A stretch of 64,000 bases of DNA from Perkinsus chesapeaki ATCC PRA-425 (taxonomy: Eukaryota; Protista; Perkinsozoa). The notes under the pieces are model-generated. The model did no database searches. It saw only the letters and a program-made list of their open reading frames with translations, and was not told the DNA's origin. The stretch is from the NCBI GenBank assembly GCA_013115145.1, contig JAAPAO010000008.1, positions 1 to 64,000 on the forward strand. The letters are read 5' to 3'. Shown one piece after another: positions 24,059 through 34,774 of the stretch. Positions within the stretch are counted from its first letter, which is position 1, and each line of letters starts with the position of its first letter. Position numbers and translations under genes: made by a program.

Positions 24059-24656
24059 GCCCTCAGCGCAGCTGCAAACGATCAACTATATGATGTGTAC
24101 TTTCTCTCCTCGCACAAACGTTGCTCGCTTCACTTACGGAAGGATACGCGCAAACTTCTATCGCTTTCTGTCTCGTTGAGATGTTCATGCTCCCCAGAAA
24201 TGACTAAACACAACCCTTAAAGTGCTCTGAACGAAAAGGTGTTATATAATATAACTGGTACGTAATCTACATCACTATTAAGTCCAATGATTATGATGAT
24301 AAGATCCGATCCACAGAAATGGAACCTCGTCATCAAATACGTTTGTAGTGTTAGTAGTAGCAGTAGTAGTAGTAAACAACGTGGTGGTATTCGCCTAGTA
24401 GAGACTGAAGTGTCCACTACTAGAACTATGATTCGCAGCAGCAGTAGCACTTATTAGACTTACTGCTGCTACGGTGAGGGGTTGCAGCAACAACAACAAT
24501 TACATCTAGGTGAGGGATAACGGTCAGACACGACAGGCTCATATCTGGCAAAAAGTTAAGACCGTTATTCGTCAAATCGATGTATGAGGCGGCACTTCCC
24601 TAGACACTGGGGATATAGCGATCATCACTGTACAGATCAGCAAGACTCTAGGCTGC

Positions 24657-25958
24657 TTACGGCAAGGGGCCTGGACTTGGTCCTCTATTAGGGCTCGGCA
24701 TAGGTGGCAGAGTCTGACCAGGTAAGATACCTGGTGGAGCCAAGCTGAAGCTAGATAGTCTCCGCTTAGCTTCAAGGATGGTGGCGATTTGACTTAGTCT
24801 TCTGGAATTAACGTTGGAAGATTCATAAGGCTTCCATCCACTCATACCACGAGCGCGCGGCTCAGCAGCAGGAGTAGGAGGAGGTAGATCGGCCGGTCCA
24901 GTAAGGGGCGTTGCTTCAGCGGCGCTCGGTACGTTGAAGCTGCCCTCTTCGATAATGGCTTGTAGTTGTTGTAGTTGCTCATTGGTGATGGAGCTAATAG
25001 ACTTACGTGGTACAAATACCGGTGCTTCTGCATCAAATTTAGGAACAGGTACAGTGGGGAGGGCATTGGTCACACTGGGCGCGTTGGCCGGGGGATCATC
25101 GAGTAAGGCGGCTACCATATCTCGTCCACCAGTATAAGAACGTAACCTTAACGTGACTTCATCACCAGCGGTAAAGCCACTGCTTCCCGTAGTCTCATTA
25201 ATCTGTTCTAAAGTCTTTGCTATCTGCTCCAACAAATTAGCTTGCTCTAGGTAATCGTTCATGGCCATAGTGCTTCCCAATGACGCCTTTTGCGTTGCCG
25301 CCAAGGAGGCTGCGGTAGCCATAAGATCTGGATCATCATTCGCCACAGCTGCCTCCGCCAAACGGTTGGTAGTAGATGCGGTAAGAATTGCATCAGTACC
25401 AGCAGCAGTAGGAACCCTCGTACGAAGCTCGTGGGCACCATGGGCATGTCGGCACTTTGAACCCGCGTTACAGGAACCGTTCATCCAAAAACGGCAAAGG
25501 GAAGTCTTGTAAACGTCAGCCGTCGCTCTAAGCTCGTCTCTGCTATGAGCATAGGCACAATCAGCGCCATTAGGGCACTGGCCTTTACGATACAGTTGGC
25601 ACATCTTGGTCTTACGGAGATCAGGGGCCTGCCTTAGCTCGCTCCAGTCGTGCGCATATCCACAATCAGACCCGTGTTTGCATTGTCCACGGAGATAAAA
25701 TTTACACATCCTCGTCTTGCTGAACACTTCACGGTTACGTCCACCAGCCTTTCCCTCTTGGCTGGACGGAGTTCGTGATTCAGGAGAGCTTGGAGCCGAT
25801 GATAGTCCCTCATCAGAATGATTGTAATTGATGCCAGCTCCAGCATGACCCCCCAGACCTGGTAGCTTAGTCTGCAATTTAGATGGTTGTACAGGCATAC
25901 AAATAACGTTTACTTTAACCTGAAACCTCAATAAGTACTCCAACCAAGCCGGCACCAA
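24657..25958 (-). CDS. Intronless triple-CCCH zinc-finger RNA-binding protein with PAM2-like motif (433 aa)
   Basis: Three fingers: KTRMCKFYLRGQCKHGSDCGYAH, KTKMCQLYRKGQCPNGADCAYAH, KTSLCRFWMNGSCNAGSKCRHAH. Also FDAEAPVFVP. Confidence 0.92.
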   Translation of the reverse strand: MVPAWLEYLLRFQVKVNVICMPVQPSKLQTKLPGLGGHAGAGINYNHSDEGLSSAPSSPESRTPSSQEGKAGGRNREVFSKTRMCKFYLRGQCKHGSDCGYAHDWSELRQAPDLRKTKMCQLYRKGQCPNGADCAYAHSRDELRATADVYKTSLCRFWMNGSCNAGSKCRHAHGAHELRTRVPTAAGTDAILTASTTNRLAEAAVANDDPDLMATAASLAATQKASLGSTMAMNDYLEQANLLEQIAKTLEQINETTGSSGFTAGDEVTLRLRSYTGGRDMVAALLDDPPANAPSVTNALPTVPVPKFDAEAPVFVPRKSISSITNEQLQQLQAIIEEGSFNVPSAAEATPLTGPADLPPPTPAAEPRARGMSGWKPYESSNVNSRRLSQIATILEAKRRLSSFSLAPPGILPGQTLPPMPSPNRGPSPGPLP

Positions 25959-26410
25959 GGTTTTGCACGCGAAGTCCCGAGTGAGCTGAGAAGTTGTAAG
26001 ATCTCAAGATTGCAAGACTTCGTCTGTTCGAGCTTTGCTCATTAACCTCGCTGTACAGATGTCTACTTGGGAAAGAACTCTTCGGCCGTCGCCCTCTAAT
26101 AAGCATCTTTTATCTCGAGCTGCTGGTTTTCACGTGGCTGGCAGCAGAACGCCCCTTCCTGAGTAAGGCACACAATGTGTAGACAGGCTGAGGCCGCGCT
26201 TAGTGAAAACTATTCCCCACGATGCAGTCTCGGCGTTTTCGGTTCGGTGATATTTCGATGAAATACTTGCTTCATGATAAATCCGTTTGCGGATTTTTGT
26301 ATGGTCCATCGGGAGTGTTCTCTGCCACACGAAATTGCTTCAGCGAAGTGTCAACTGGAAGCTCAAAATCGCAGATCTTCCTGTGAATACAGTGCCGTCT
26401 GATCTACAGT

Positions 26411-27162
26411 GTGAAATTGACGCAATACTACCGACAGAGATTCAATAGCGATCCACACTGTGATAGATACGATTCGCTTACTGACCATAACCTCCAACAC
26501 TTCTGGAGCTCTCCGACTACCAGAGCCCATCTACACGACATGGGGTTCATTGCTGATGATGGAAGCCTTATATCGTTGGATCAGTACGGCTGATGTCTAT
26601 CTGAGGTTTGGTAGAGATATATCAGGTACCGTAGGAAGCTGCATGTTATTGAAGGTGACATGATGAGAGCAGAGCAATTGAAGGAACGTAGAGCTTGTCG
26701 TGAGGAACAACTTCAAGCTGATCATGTAAGTCGATAGCCGCATTTACGACGCAGTATTTAGCTTTTCGTGAACAAGACATACACTAGGTGTCACTGTCCT
26801 TCCGAATGTGAAGGATAGTATCAATTTGCAAACAATAACTGCAGATGATGCATCAGCGGAGCAGTGACCGCAACTCATCCTCGCGTAGTAGACTACAACG
26901 TTCGCGGTGTCGTCTTGTCGTAGACGCGCGCTGCGCGCTTCGATCTAGTTCACCTCGTAAACATCACTTTTATTAATTTTACATGCTTTAGATCGCGTGG
27001 CAGAAGATACAAATGGCCAAGGATAAGCGAGCCGAGGAAATTCGTGAGCGCAAGGCGGAGATAAGTGGGTGCTGTCAGTAGTACCCACTGGCATGCCTTG
27101 GCGTTTCAGTGGAGGCTCGAGAGGCTGCCAGACGAAAGAGGGAGGGTATTCCACGACCTTAG
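26411..27162 (+). CDS. Small protein resembling the ERICH3 N-terminal domain (multi-exon; start uncertain)
   Basis: RYDSLTDHNLQHFWSSPTTRAHLHDMGFIADDGSLISLDQY resembles the ERICH3 N-terminus as I recall it (YNSLxDKHLxGYFxNxRIRRHLxRSGLI). Coiled-coil exons follow. Confidence 0.55.
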
Positions 27163-27803
27163 AGGACCAAAGGGCTTTAGCCGAGTATCCATTACGCATG
27201 AACCTCTTATCATATTACTGAGTCACTGTGACGTAGCATTTAGAAGTTAGGACTGCGTCGTGTTCTATCACTTGTGGGAGGGGGGTGCAGGACAGGCGGC
27301 AAGCTTGTCCGTATCATTACATTTACACCGCCCTTATCGAACGGGGAATACCCAGTAGAGTTCCGACCCCCGTTTCCCTACTGCTAAAGTCTGTCGTCGA
27401 GAGGCCAGCTTCTGGCTACATTCTATTGGTATCATTGAGGAACTTACGGGAAATATTAGATAAAGGCGGGAGGAATTGTACTCATTTGTCGTAAGCCAAT
27501 ATTCATAGTACTCTGCAAAAATGCAGAAAAGATGCTTCGAACGTTGTAGGGAACGAAGAGCTCGGGAGCATCTCAAGCATCGGTTAGTCTTTCAAAGGTG
27601 CGTAATCTTTGTATCCATCAAAAACTTTTTGGTTTCCGATAATAGTGATAAAAGATCACGTTATGTGTTTTGCTTGTAACTGCACTTTCGAAAATCAGCA
27701 GCGACATTCTACATTCCGATTTATACGACACCGTGCTTGATTGCGAAGCGGGCGAAACACCATTGCAACATTATATCTTGTCGGTGGCAGTTGTCTCGTT
27801 ATT

Positions 27804-28952
27804 ATGATCCTTTCGAAAACAATATTGCCAATAATACTGCCATCTATTGCAGGCTTATCTATAACACTCCCTTTTATCGACGGGGCAGTAACCTTCGTTA
27901 TTGACGGCAACCAGAGGACGAGCTTCAGAATCGATACCGGTAGCGCACGGTTCTTTGCTTTTTATGGACCCGAGTACGAAAAGCAGAAGGGCGCGGGAAG
28001 CTGCGCGAAAATTAAAGCTTGTTACTTCTGCACCGTTGCTAATCCTTGTGATGACATATTCCAACGTGAGCAATGGCACGTTGCTTTCGGAGACTTTACC
28101 GCGTACACTTATGTGAGGCACACTGTGTCTGCTACTGTTGGTGGAATCTTGATTCCCGACATCGAGATGGGACTGGCCATCAGCGCTTCTCATGGATTCG
28201 ACAATGACCCATTCTCTGCCGGCCTACTGGGGTTATTGAAAGGTCGGACAGGTATCCCAGAGACATTCTTAGATCAGCTGCTGAGCCGAAACCTAATCTC
28301 GAGTCACTCTTACTGGGTTCATACTACCGGAAACATACAGTCCTTCGCCGGTAGTATCACACTGGGGGGCATCCCAAAAGCTGAGATGAAAGCCTCTAGG
28401 GTTGTGCATATGAGCAGAGATCTGGTATACTTTTCACGAACGATTTCTATCCCGCTTTGGCCGGTGCGACTAATCAGTCAGAAAGGGCATTTGCTCACTC
28501 GGCAATGGATGACATTAACCGGGAGACAGCAAGATGGCCCTTTACCCGCTATCCTCGACACCGGCTGTAAAGGTATATTTATGTCTGATCCGGACTTCAA
28601 TGAATTCTTCCGTGTCGCCAAAAAACATCTATTCGACATCCCGGGGTCCAGTGATTACTATATTAAAGAGGGAGACCTTCATAATTTACCGACCCTTGTC
28701 TATCAGATTGGCGAATCTCCCAATCAGATGGATATCCGGATCAAACCAAAGCATTACGTTCGTTATTGCGGGAAAGATGGCTACTGCTTGCTGCTAGTCA
28801 CTTCTACTAATAAGACTGACCAATATGATCTTGGCGAGCCTTTATTTTACGCATATGATGTCGGATTTCAGTTCTCGGGCAAACACCCGGCTGTGTATTT
28901 CAGAAGAAACGATGCTGAATATGCTACACTGGGCGAATTCGATTCCACCTAG
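27804..28952 (+). CDS. Intronless divergent pepsin-family aspartic protease with signal peptide
   Basis: Single ORF with FRIDTGS, AILDTGC, GLLGL, GSITLGG and LGEPLFYAYDVGF. Likely start is MILSKTILPIILPSIAG. Confidence 0.88.
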   Translation: MILSKTILPIILPSIAGLSITLPFIDGAVTFVIDGNQRTSFRIDTGSARFFAFYGPEYEKQKGAGSCAKIKACYFCTVANPCDDIFQREQWHVAFGDFTAYTYVRHTVSATVGGILIPDIEMGLAISASHGFDNDPFSAGLLGLLKGRTGIPETFLDQLLSRNLISSHSYWVHTTGNIQSFAGSITLGGIPKAEMKASRVVHMSRDLVYFSRTISIPLWPVRLISQKGHLLTRQWMTLTGRQQDGPLPAILDTGCKGIFMSDPDFNEFFRVAKKHLFDIPGSSDYYIKEGDLHNLPTLVYQIGESPNQMDIRIKPKHYVRYCGKDGYCLLLVTSTNKTDQYDLGEPLFYAYDVGFQFSGKHPAVYFRRNDAEYATLGEFDST

Positions 28953-29307
28953 AAGTAGTCCTCAGTGCTGTGAACCAAGAGACCCGAAGCAACTGGGCCG
29001 GCAGCAGTACAGTGTGACCCCCCCTCTGTTTGCCGATTTAAAAAATGTGCTGTACGTGGCTATCACATGGTGTTAATATGCTCGCTATTGTAAAACTACA
29101 GACTTGTGTTCTATTTTGTTTACATTGGCGTATCTTTTAAAGCCATCCTCGAGTATGGTGGTTCTTTTGACCGTAGCGTGTAGGAAATGCAAGATTGCAA
29201 GACACCAAGTTAGTCCTTCTCGCGGCCGACTTGGCCTTCCTTAGCGTTCCGTTGGCTGCTGTTTTTCGTTGAAAATGAAGTTGGTTAGTTTCTCCGTTTG
29301 CGCTATA

Positions 29308-30875
29308 ATGGCATCCCCTGTAATGAAATCTACAACCAATTGGGCTGATGAATCGGCCGACCTTTCTCCTGACTGGTCCCCATCTGCGGCCCCAGTAATA
29401 CCGTTACGTAATGCAAGTGAAGGAGCCTTCCTATTTTAGGCCATTCCTGGCGATGATCATTTCACGTTGGAAGCCTCTGCCGTTGAATCTCATCAGGCCC
29501 CTCAGGAGGAGCATTTGCCCACCGGAATGGGTGCACCTCAGACCTTCTGTGTGTAAGTTGTGGACGGCGACGGCGGTGGCGCTGTTGTAGGGTTACATCA
29601 TGCTTTACAGTTACGTTGGCGGCTTGCCATACAGTGCCACCGAGGATGAACTAGGATTCTTCTTCCTAGATAATAACGTCACCCCTATCGGCGTTAGAAT
29701 CATTAACGATCGTGAAACCGGCAAGTCTAAGGGATTCGGGTAGGGCCGAGGAAGAGGAGGAGGGGGCTTGGAATGAATCTCAAATGAGAATTTAGTTACC
29801 TCGACTTCGAAACTGAGGCAGATTACGAAGCCGCCCTCTCCATGAGTGGCGCTACCTTCGGTGGCAGGACCATCAGAGTGTCCGCTGAGGAGCATCGCAG
29901 GGAGCCTCGCAGGCGGTCTCGGTAATGCAAGGAAAGCGTCCATCGCCGTATTTGTGCATTCTAGTGAGCCGCGTGGCCCTCGTCGCGAGGATCGTGAGTA
30001 CCGCAGAGGTGGTGGACGTGACAGGTAGGACTACATCAGCTTGAGTTTGATCATTCCCTGGTTAGCTACCGAGAAAGTGACCGTTCTTTCCGTGAGGGTT
30101 TGGAGCGCAGCTCGACCGCCGAGGAGCCTGAGCACCATGAAAGGAAGAAGCTAGAGCTGAAGCCCAGATCTAGACCAATGGCGGTAGGTGGCAAACGGAG
30201 GGACTGGGATAACAGTGATGACGGCGTTGGTCAGGAGTTGCATGAAGATGCTGCTGGACGTCAAAGAGCTAGCATCTTTGGTAACGCCAAGCCCAGGGAT
30301 GAAGCTGAGTAGGCGGGGGATGGGAATAGCAGTGCGATTAGTGGGTATCAGATACCAGCGCCGAAGGGCCGAGAGAGAGGAACGCTTTGGAAACACAAGC
30401 AGTAATAATGGCGAGGCCAAGCAAGCGGAGACAAAACAACAGCGTAGCGTTGGAAGCACAAGAGCAGCGCCATCAGAGGCATCATCAGCGTAAGGAGGGT
30501 AGCTCGAGTGTGGTGGGAGCCTGGCGGCCTACTCGCAGGTCACCTCGCAAGGGTGGGTTGTCGAAGGGTAAAGGGGGCAAGGGTCGTCAGCCATCTGGTG
30601 ACTCTAAGTAGGGCCATGGTCCTTGATTGCTGTGAATAAGGGTGCATGGTTTAGGTCCAACTGGCGCGGCAAGGGGGGCAGGACCGCCTCACCGAAGGCA
30701 CCTGAGGTTGCCCATAAGGAGCCTCGTGTTCGCACTGTAGACACTGGCCCGAAGAAGTAATAGGGATTCGGCGTTGATATTGTTGTTCATTTGACCTCTG
30801 TTTAGGGTAAAGGGTGCCCTCGCCAACGCCTTCGCTGGTTTAAGCGATTCAGAGTCCGAATCAGACTCTGAGTAA
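29308..30875 (+). CDS. eIF4B/eIF4H-like RRM translation factor (multi-exon)
   Basis: NWADES; RRM with RIINDRETGKSKGFG-YLDFETE...ALSMSGATFGGRTIRV; RKKLELKPRS; ASIFGNAKPRDE; C-terminal ANAFAGLSDSESESDSE*. Confidence 0.8.
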
Positions 30876-31789
30876 AATAGCATGGTATTATCGTGAGCGG
30901 TTGAACATGGTAAGTCCCCTTTAGTAGTGGGAGGCAGCAGCAGCAGTGGAGCCTTTATCGACCCTTTCCCCCATCAGGTACTATGTCCTTGTTATGCTGG
31001 CAGGCTGACCCTTGCTTGGTCGTCCAGCTATAGGGTAGTACTCAAATCCGATGATGATGGTGCTTATGTGTTGATAGCTCTTCCTCTCTCACTTCACAGA
31101 TATTATCCTTCTACTTGCCGCCGCCATTCTATACCATCACCTGTACACGTGTCCCAAATATTCCTCAATTCCTCGAGGCTGTTAATCATCATCCTCATCT
31201 ACTGCCACTGCCATCTTTGGTATCTGCTGTATTATTCATATTGAGCTTGTACTGCTGTTCACCGCAAGCAAGGTAAGCGGGGAACAGCTAGAGGTGTCAG
31301 AAAACCAACTTGGCGGGGTATCCTTCTCCTGTTGCTGTTCTCATGAGCCTATCAGTCGTGTTATTAGTTGAGTAATGTCGTCTGCCTCAGGTTCTCACTG
31401 TTGTTGCTGCTGCCGCTGGTTGGTAGTATCTTTTACGGTGATTTTCCTAATGGAATGGTATTCAAGTATGTGGTTACCATCCAGCTGTTACCGAGCTGGT
31501 GCTGCTGTTGGAAATGCTGATGTTGGTGTCATATAATGATTCTCTTCGGGGTTGAGGAAAACGTCTACTGCTATTTGCGAGCCAAGAAGGTTGCCTTTAC
31601 TTCATCGTAATAATCGTTATCGACTATCTGTCATCTTGGTGGTGTTCGCTCGAAAGGCTGCCGCCATATGACACTCCTCCTGTTACCATAGCCTCATCAC
31701 TACTTACTGTTTCCTTCTCTATCACATACCCATATGCTGTTTAGTTCATTAGTCAGAGACGAGAGCGGTATGGCGGTCCAAACAGTTGA

Positions 31790-32753
31790 AGAGTGTATGA
31801 ACTACTCACAAGACCATTTTATCGGACCGGGCACTTTCCCACGACCGCCGTCGGGCGGCTCTTCCTGGTCCTCGAAACAGAACGGCTTTTGGGACACTTT
31901 GGTGGGCAACGCCCCCACCGTAGGTAGTGCCCGTTGGTCCAGTAGCTTATAAACGTTTGAATAGGTGTATCAAGTGGCCGACTGCAAATACTAGGGGGGA
32001 GTATATCGGCTAATAATGCTATAGTAACCAGGATTGATATACAAATAGATCCATCACGGCAAAGGGGAGGAGGAGGGGATCTGCGAGTGGGAACATTTAC
32101 TGTTAAGCCAGCTGAAGGTACTACAACGACTGTGTTGCCGGCATCCATCCAACTTGGCAGGTATTTTTGAATCGGAAACGTGTCATCTGAGTAGCCCTCG
32201 GCCATCCCGTCTCGTCGGTTTCAACCCCTCCGGCTCGGTCGTCCAGACCTGTACAGTCTCTCCACCACTTTATCTGCCTCCAGGCCATCATGTAGGCATA
32301 TGGCTCACAGACAAGCAGGGAGTGCTGGCCATACCATACCAGAAGACCCTCGGCATTATGGATGATGAGGATGCTCAACAGGGACATTGGTCGTCTGTGT
32401 CGAGCCAGGATGTAGTACCGGGTCGAGCAATTAACGTTAAGAGGCACTTCAAGCGGAAGGGCTGCTGGCGAGCGTACCTTCAATCGGTGCAAAATGTCCA
32501 GCGAGAAGGGAACGGGGCTACGCGGCGAAGTAGCCAAGAGAAGAAACGGTCGTACGATGAGTACATGAATAACGGCAAGCGTCGAGAGACCATCGTCAAG
32601 AACCATGTGGAGTCCACGGCCACCGCTGCACCTATTCTGGAGGAACTGCAGTGTCAGGATGATGTCGAAAGGGAAAGACGTAGTGTGGAGGTTAAATGGG
32701 GCCCGAGGATGGCGCCTGAAGTGCGGTGTGATGATATTACTACTGAACTGTAA
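31790..32753 (+). CDS. Hypothetical protein (multi-exon; start unresolved)
   Basis: Splice-compatible frames VYELLTRPFYRTGHFPTTAVGRLFLVLETE|CIKWP...KPAE|GIFESE lead into the 199-aa ORF ending at 32753, followed by an AT-rich tail. Confidence 0.4.
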
Positions 32754-32851
32754 ATAATGATTGCCTATACGTTTGCCTTATATACTCCTTGCATCATCAC
32801 CACCATCATCGTTTCTGTTATATCATCTCTTGCTTTGTAACATCGACGGGG

Positions 32852-33401
32852 TTAAGGGGCTGCTGTGGCATCATCAGGCATGATGTCGGGTAAAAGCCGA
32901 TGGCCATCAGGGAGGCATATACTTGCCCTGCCACCACTGCTGGCATTTCCTTGGCTTGCCTGGCGACTGTTGTCTGGTCCACCAGAGGCCGTCTCGATTA
33001 TTGACCGCGCCGTAATGATCTCCGGAGTGGCTTTGTAGAACCAATTTGTGCCGTAGGTGTCGCTGCAGCTGGGCCCTGACAGAAGGCCCCCGTGGACAGC
33101 ATACCTTTCACGGTTATTCTGGAGCGGGACTGTTCCTACAGGGATGGGCGGGGCCATAGCCCGCATTAACATCCCGCTGGTGGTGAAGGAGGAGGGGCGG
33201 TGGGCCCTGTGGATGGCCAATGGTAGTGCTGGACTGTGGGCGTGGGATGAGGGCATCTCTGGCAGGCACTCTTGTTCGGCAGGGGGGCTCTGATTTGTCT
33301 TGGAACATACAGTCCTTGTTTTTATGGGACCGGACGTAGGGCTGCTGGAATCTCCTCGTGTGGGCACCATTCTCCACGTAGGTATTATAACCGGTCTCCA
33401 T
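32852..33401 (-). CDS. Hypothetical Pro-rich protein (structure unresolved)
   Basis: Long open minus-strand frames converge on the 32753 gene. No family recognised. Confidence 0.3.
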
Positions 33402-33531
33402 CTAGAGGGGATGCTAGTACTGCTGATCTTATAGCCGGTAGAACTGGCAAAAGCAGCAATGTGGACGATAACAGTTTCTGACCGTCCTTGCAGTTTGGTT
33501 CCCTCCGACAGCTTCCTCCTCCCTAGGATAG

Positions 33532-34515
33532 ATGCCCTCCTCCTCCTCCTCCTCCTCCTCCTCCTCCTCCTCCTCATCTGCCCTAGCCCGTCAGGCCGTG
33601 AAGGCGGGCTTACAGAGTGGCACTGTTATGCTAGTGGGAGATGCTGTAGCGCAGACTCTAATGGGGACTGAGGTAGTGTTGTTTTATTAACATCGTTGTC
33701 CTTCATCAGTTTTGGTAGGCCTATTCCCCGGAAAGGTCAGCTAGATTCGCCCTAGTCGGCTGCACTCTTCACGGTCCGTATTTTTTCCTTACTTTCCGCC
33801 AGTTGGATCGGTACTTCGGTCCCGCGGTGAACATTCGAACTATTCTAGCCAAAACGGCCGCCGCACAGGTGATAACCCGCCGATGCCTCACTCGGTGCGC
33901 CATTTGTCTAGCACACCGCAACTGCGTTGCGAAGGCTCGTTCGGAATACCGTTTTTCCATACCCGTTTTCCTACTATTGAGTGCTTTAGCTCTGAATGAT
34001 CATCGTTCTGCAGGTGGGAGTGTTCCCTATATATTTGGTTGCCCTATTCGCATACCTTGGCGCCCTTGATGGTGTATCCAGCATCAGAGATAATGTGGCC
34101 CAGAAGGCACCGGAGGCATTCATGGCCGGATGTGGCTTCTGGCCAGTTGCCAACATATTTGGATTCAAATTGTGAGGCTCCTAAGTCGCCGTTCTCTCCC
34201 GTCTTTAACGTCGCCTCGCGTACACGCGGTTGCATCCATTGCAGTCTATCGAGGGGAATTCAAATGGAGCTGGTGTTTTGCATTTCCCCGAACACGCTGG
34301 GTCTCTCGAGTGAAGCTGTGTTGCCTTGCCCTAAATTCCTGGCGTACATTATCGCAGCTGCCCTTGTTCAATGGGTGTAGGAGTTGTCCCTTCTCAGTAT
34401 ACCCTCTACGGCCAGAGTTCCCTATCTAGCAGGTTGTGGTGTTATTTGGAATACGTATATATCTTGGATGGACTCTAGAGCCAACAGTCGGCAGCACTCG
34501 GCGGCGGTAGAGTGA
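33532..34515 (+). CDS. Mpv17/PMP22 family membrane protein (multi-exon)
   Basis: Spliced: MP(S)14ALARQAVKAGLQSGTVMLVGDAVAQ; ERSARFALVGCTLHGPYFF; TILAKTAAAQVGVFPIY; GFWPVANIFGFKFIPSTARVPYLAGCGVIWNTYISWM. Confidence 0.88.
33538..33573 (+). repeat. (TCC)12 microsatellite encoding N-terminal poly-Ser
   Basis: Directly visible trinucleotide run after ATG CCC. Confidence 0.9.
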
Positions 34516-34610
34516 CGCACACTGCTAAGTGCCAGCATATTGCTATGTTTCTTTTATATTATTTGACCTCGTTGTAGTGGGACGTGATTGTGTAATTTCT
34601 GCGAAAAAAA

Positions 34611-34683
34611 TAGCAGCTCCTTGTTTCGATCAAGGGACCTTTGGGTTATGAGCCCAACACGCTATCCACTGCGCCAAGCTGCT
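34611..34683 (-). tRNA. tRNA-iMet: Initiator tRNA-Met (CAT), copy 1
   Basis: Full cloverleaf AGCAGCT-TG-GCGC-AGTGGATA-GCGT-G-TTGGG-CTCATAA-CCCAA-AGGTC-CCTTG-ATCGAAA-CAAGG-AGCTGCT-A. It has A1-U72, A54/A60 and three G-C pairs in the anticodon stem, with a T7 terminator downstream. Confidence 0.97.
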
Positions 34684-34774
34684 GCTTGTCACTATCAGCT
34701 CCTGCATATCGTATTGACAGTGGTGTTGTGTTTCATTCCCCTCCATCTAAAGAGTTTAGTCTTGCCTCGCCTCC

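Noticed and set aside
15010-26936. Shared CGCGCTGCGC 10-mer at 15010 and 26927 as a regulatory motif
   Set aside because: Some 10-mer recurring twice in 64 kb is expected by chance, and the contexts differ (promoter vs intron).
30689-30883. Small minus-strand ORF MLFYSESDSDSE...
   Set aside because: It is the antisense of the last eIF4B-like exons.
33400-33577. Poly-Arg N-terminus of the 241-aa minus-strand ORF
   Set aside because: It is the antisense of the (TCC)12 poly-Ser run at the start of the Mpv17 gene.
33700-34430. Minus-strand CxxC retroelement-like fragment
   Set aside because: The region is explained by plus-strand Mpv17/PMP22 exons and introns.
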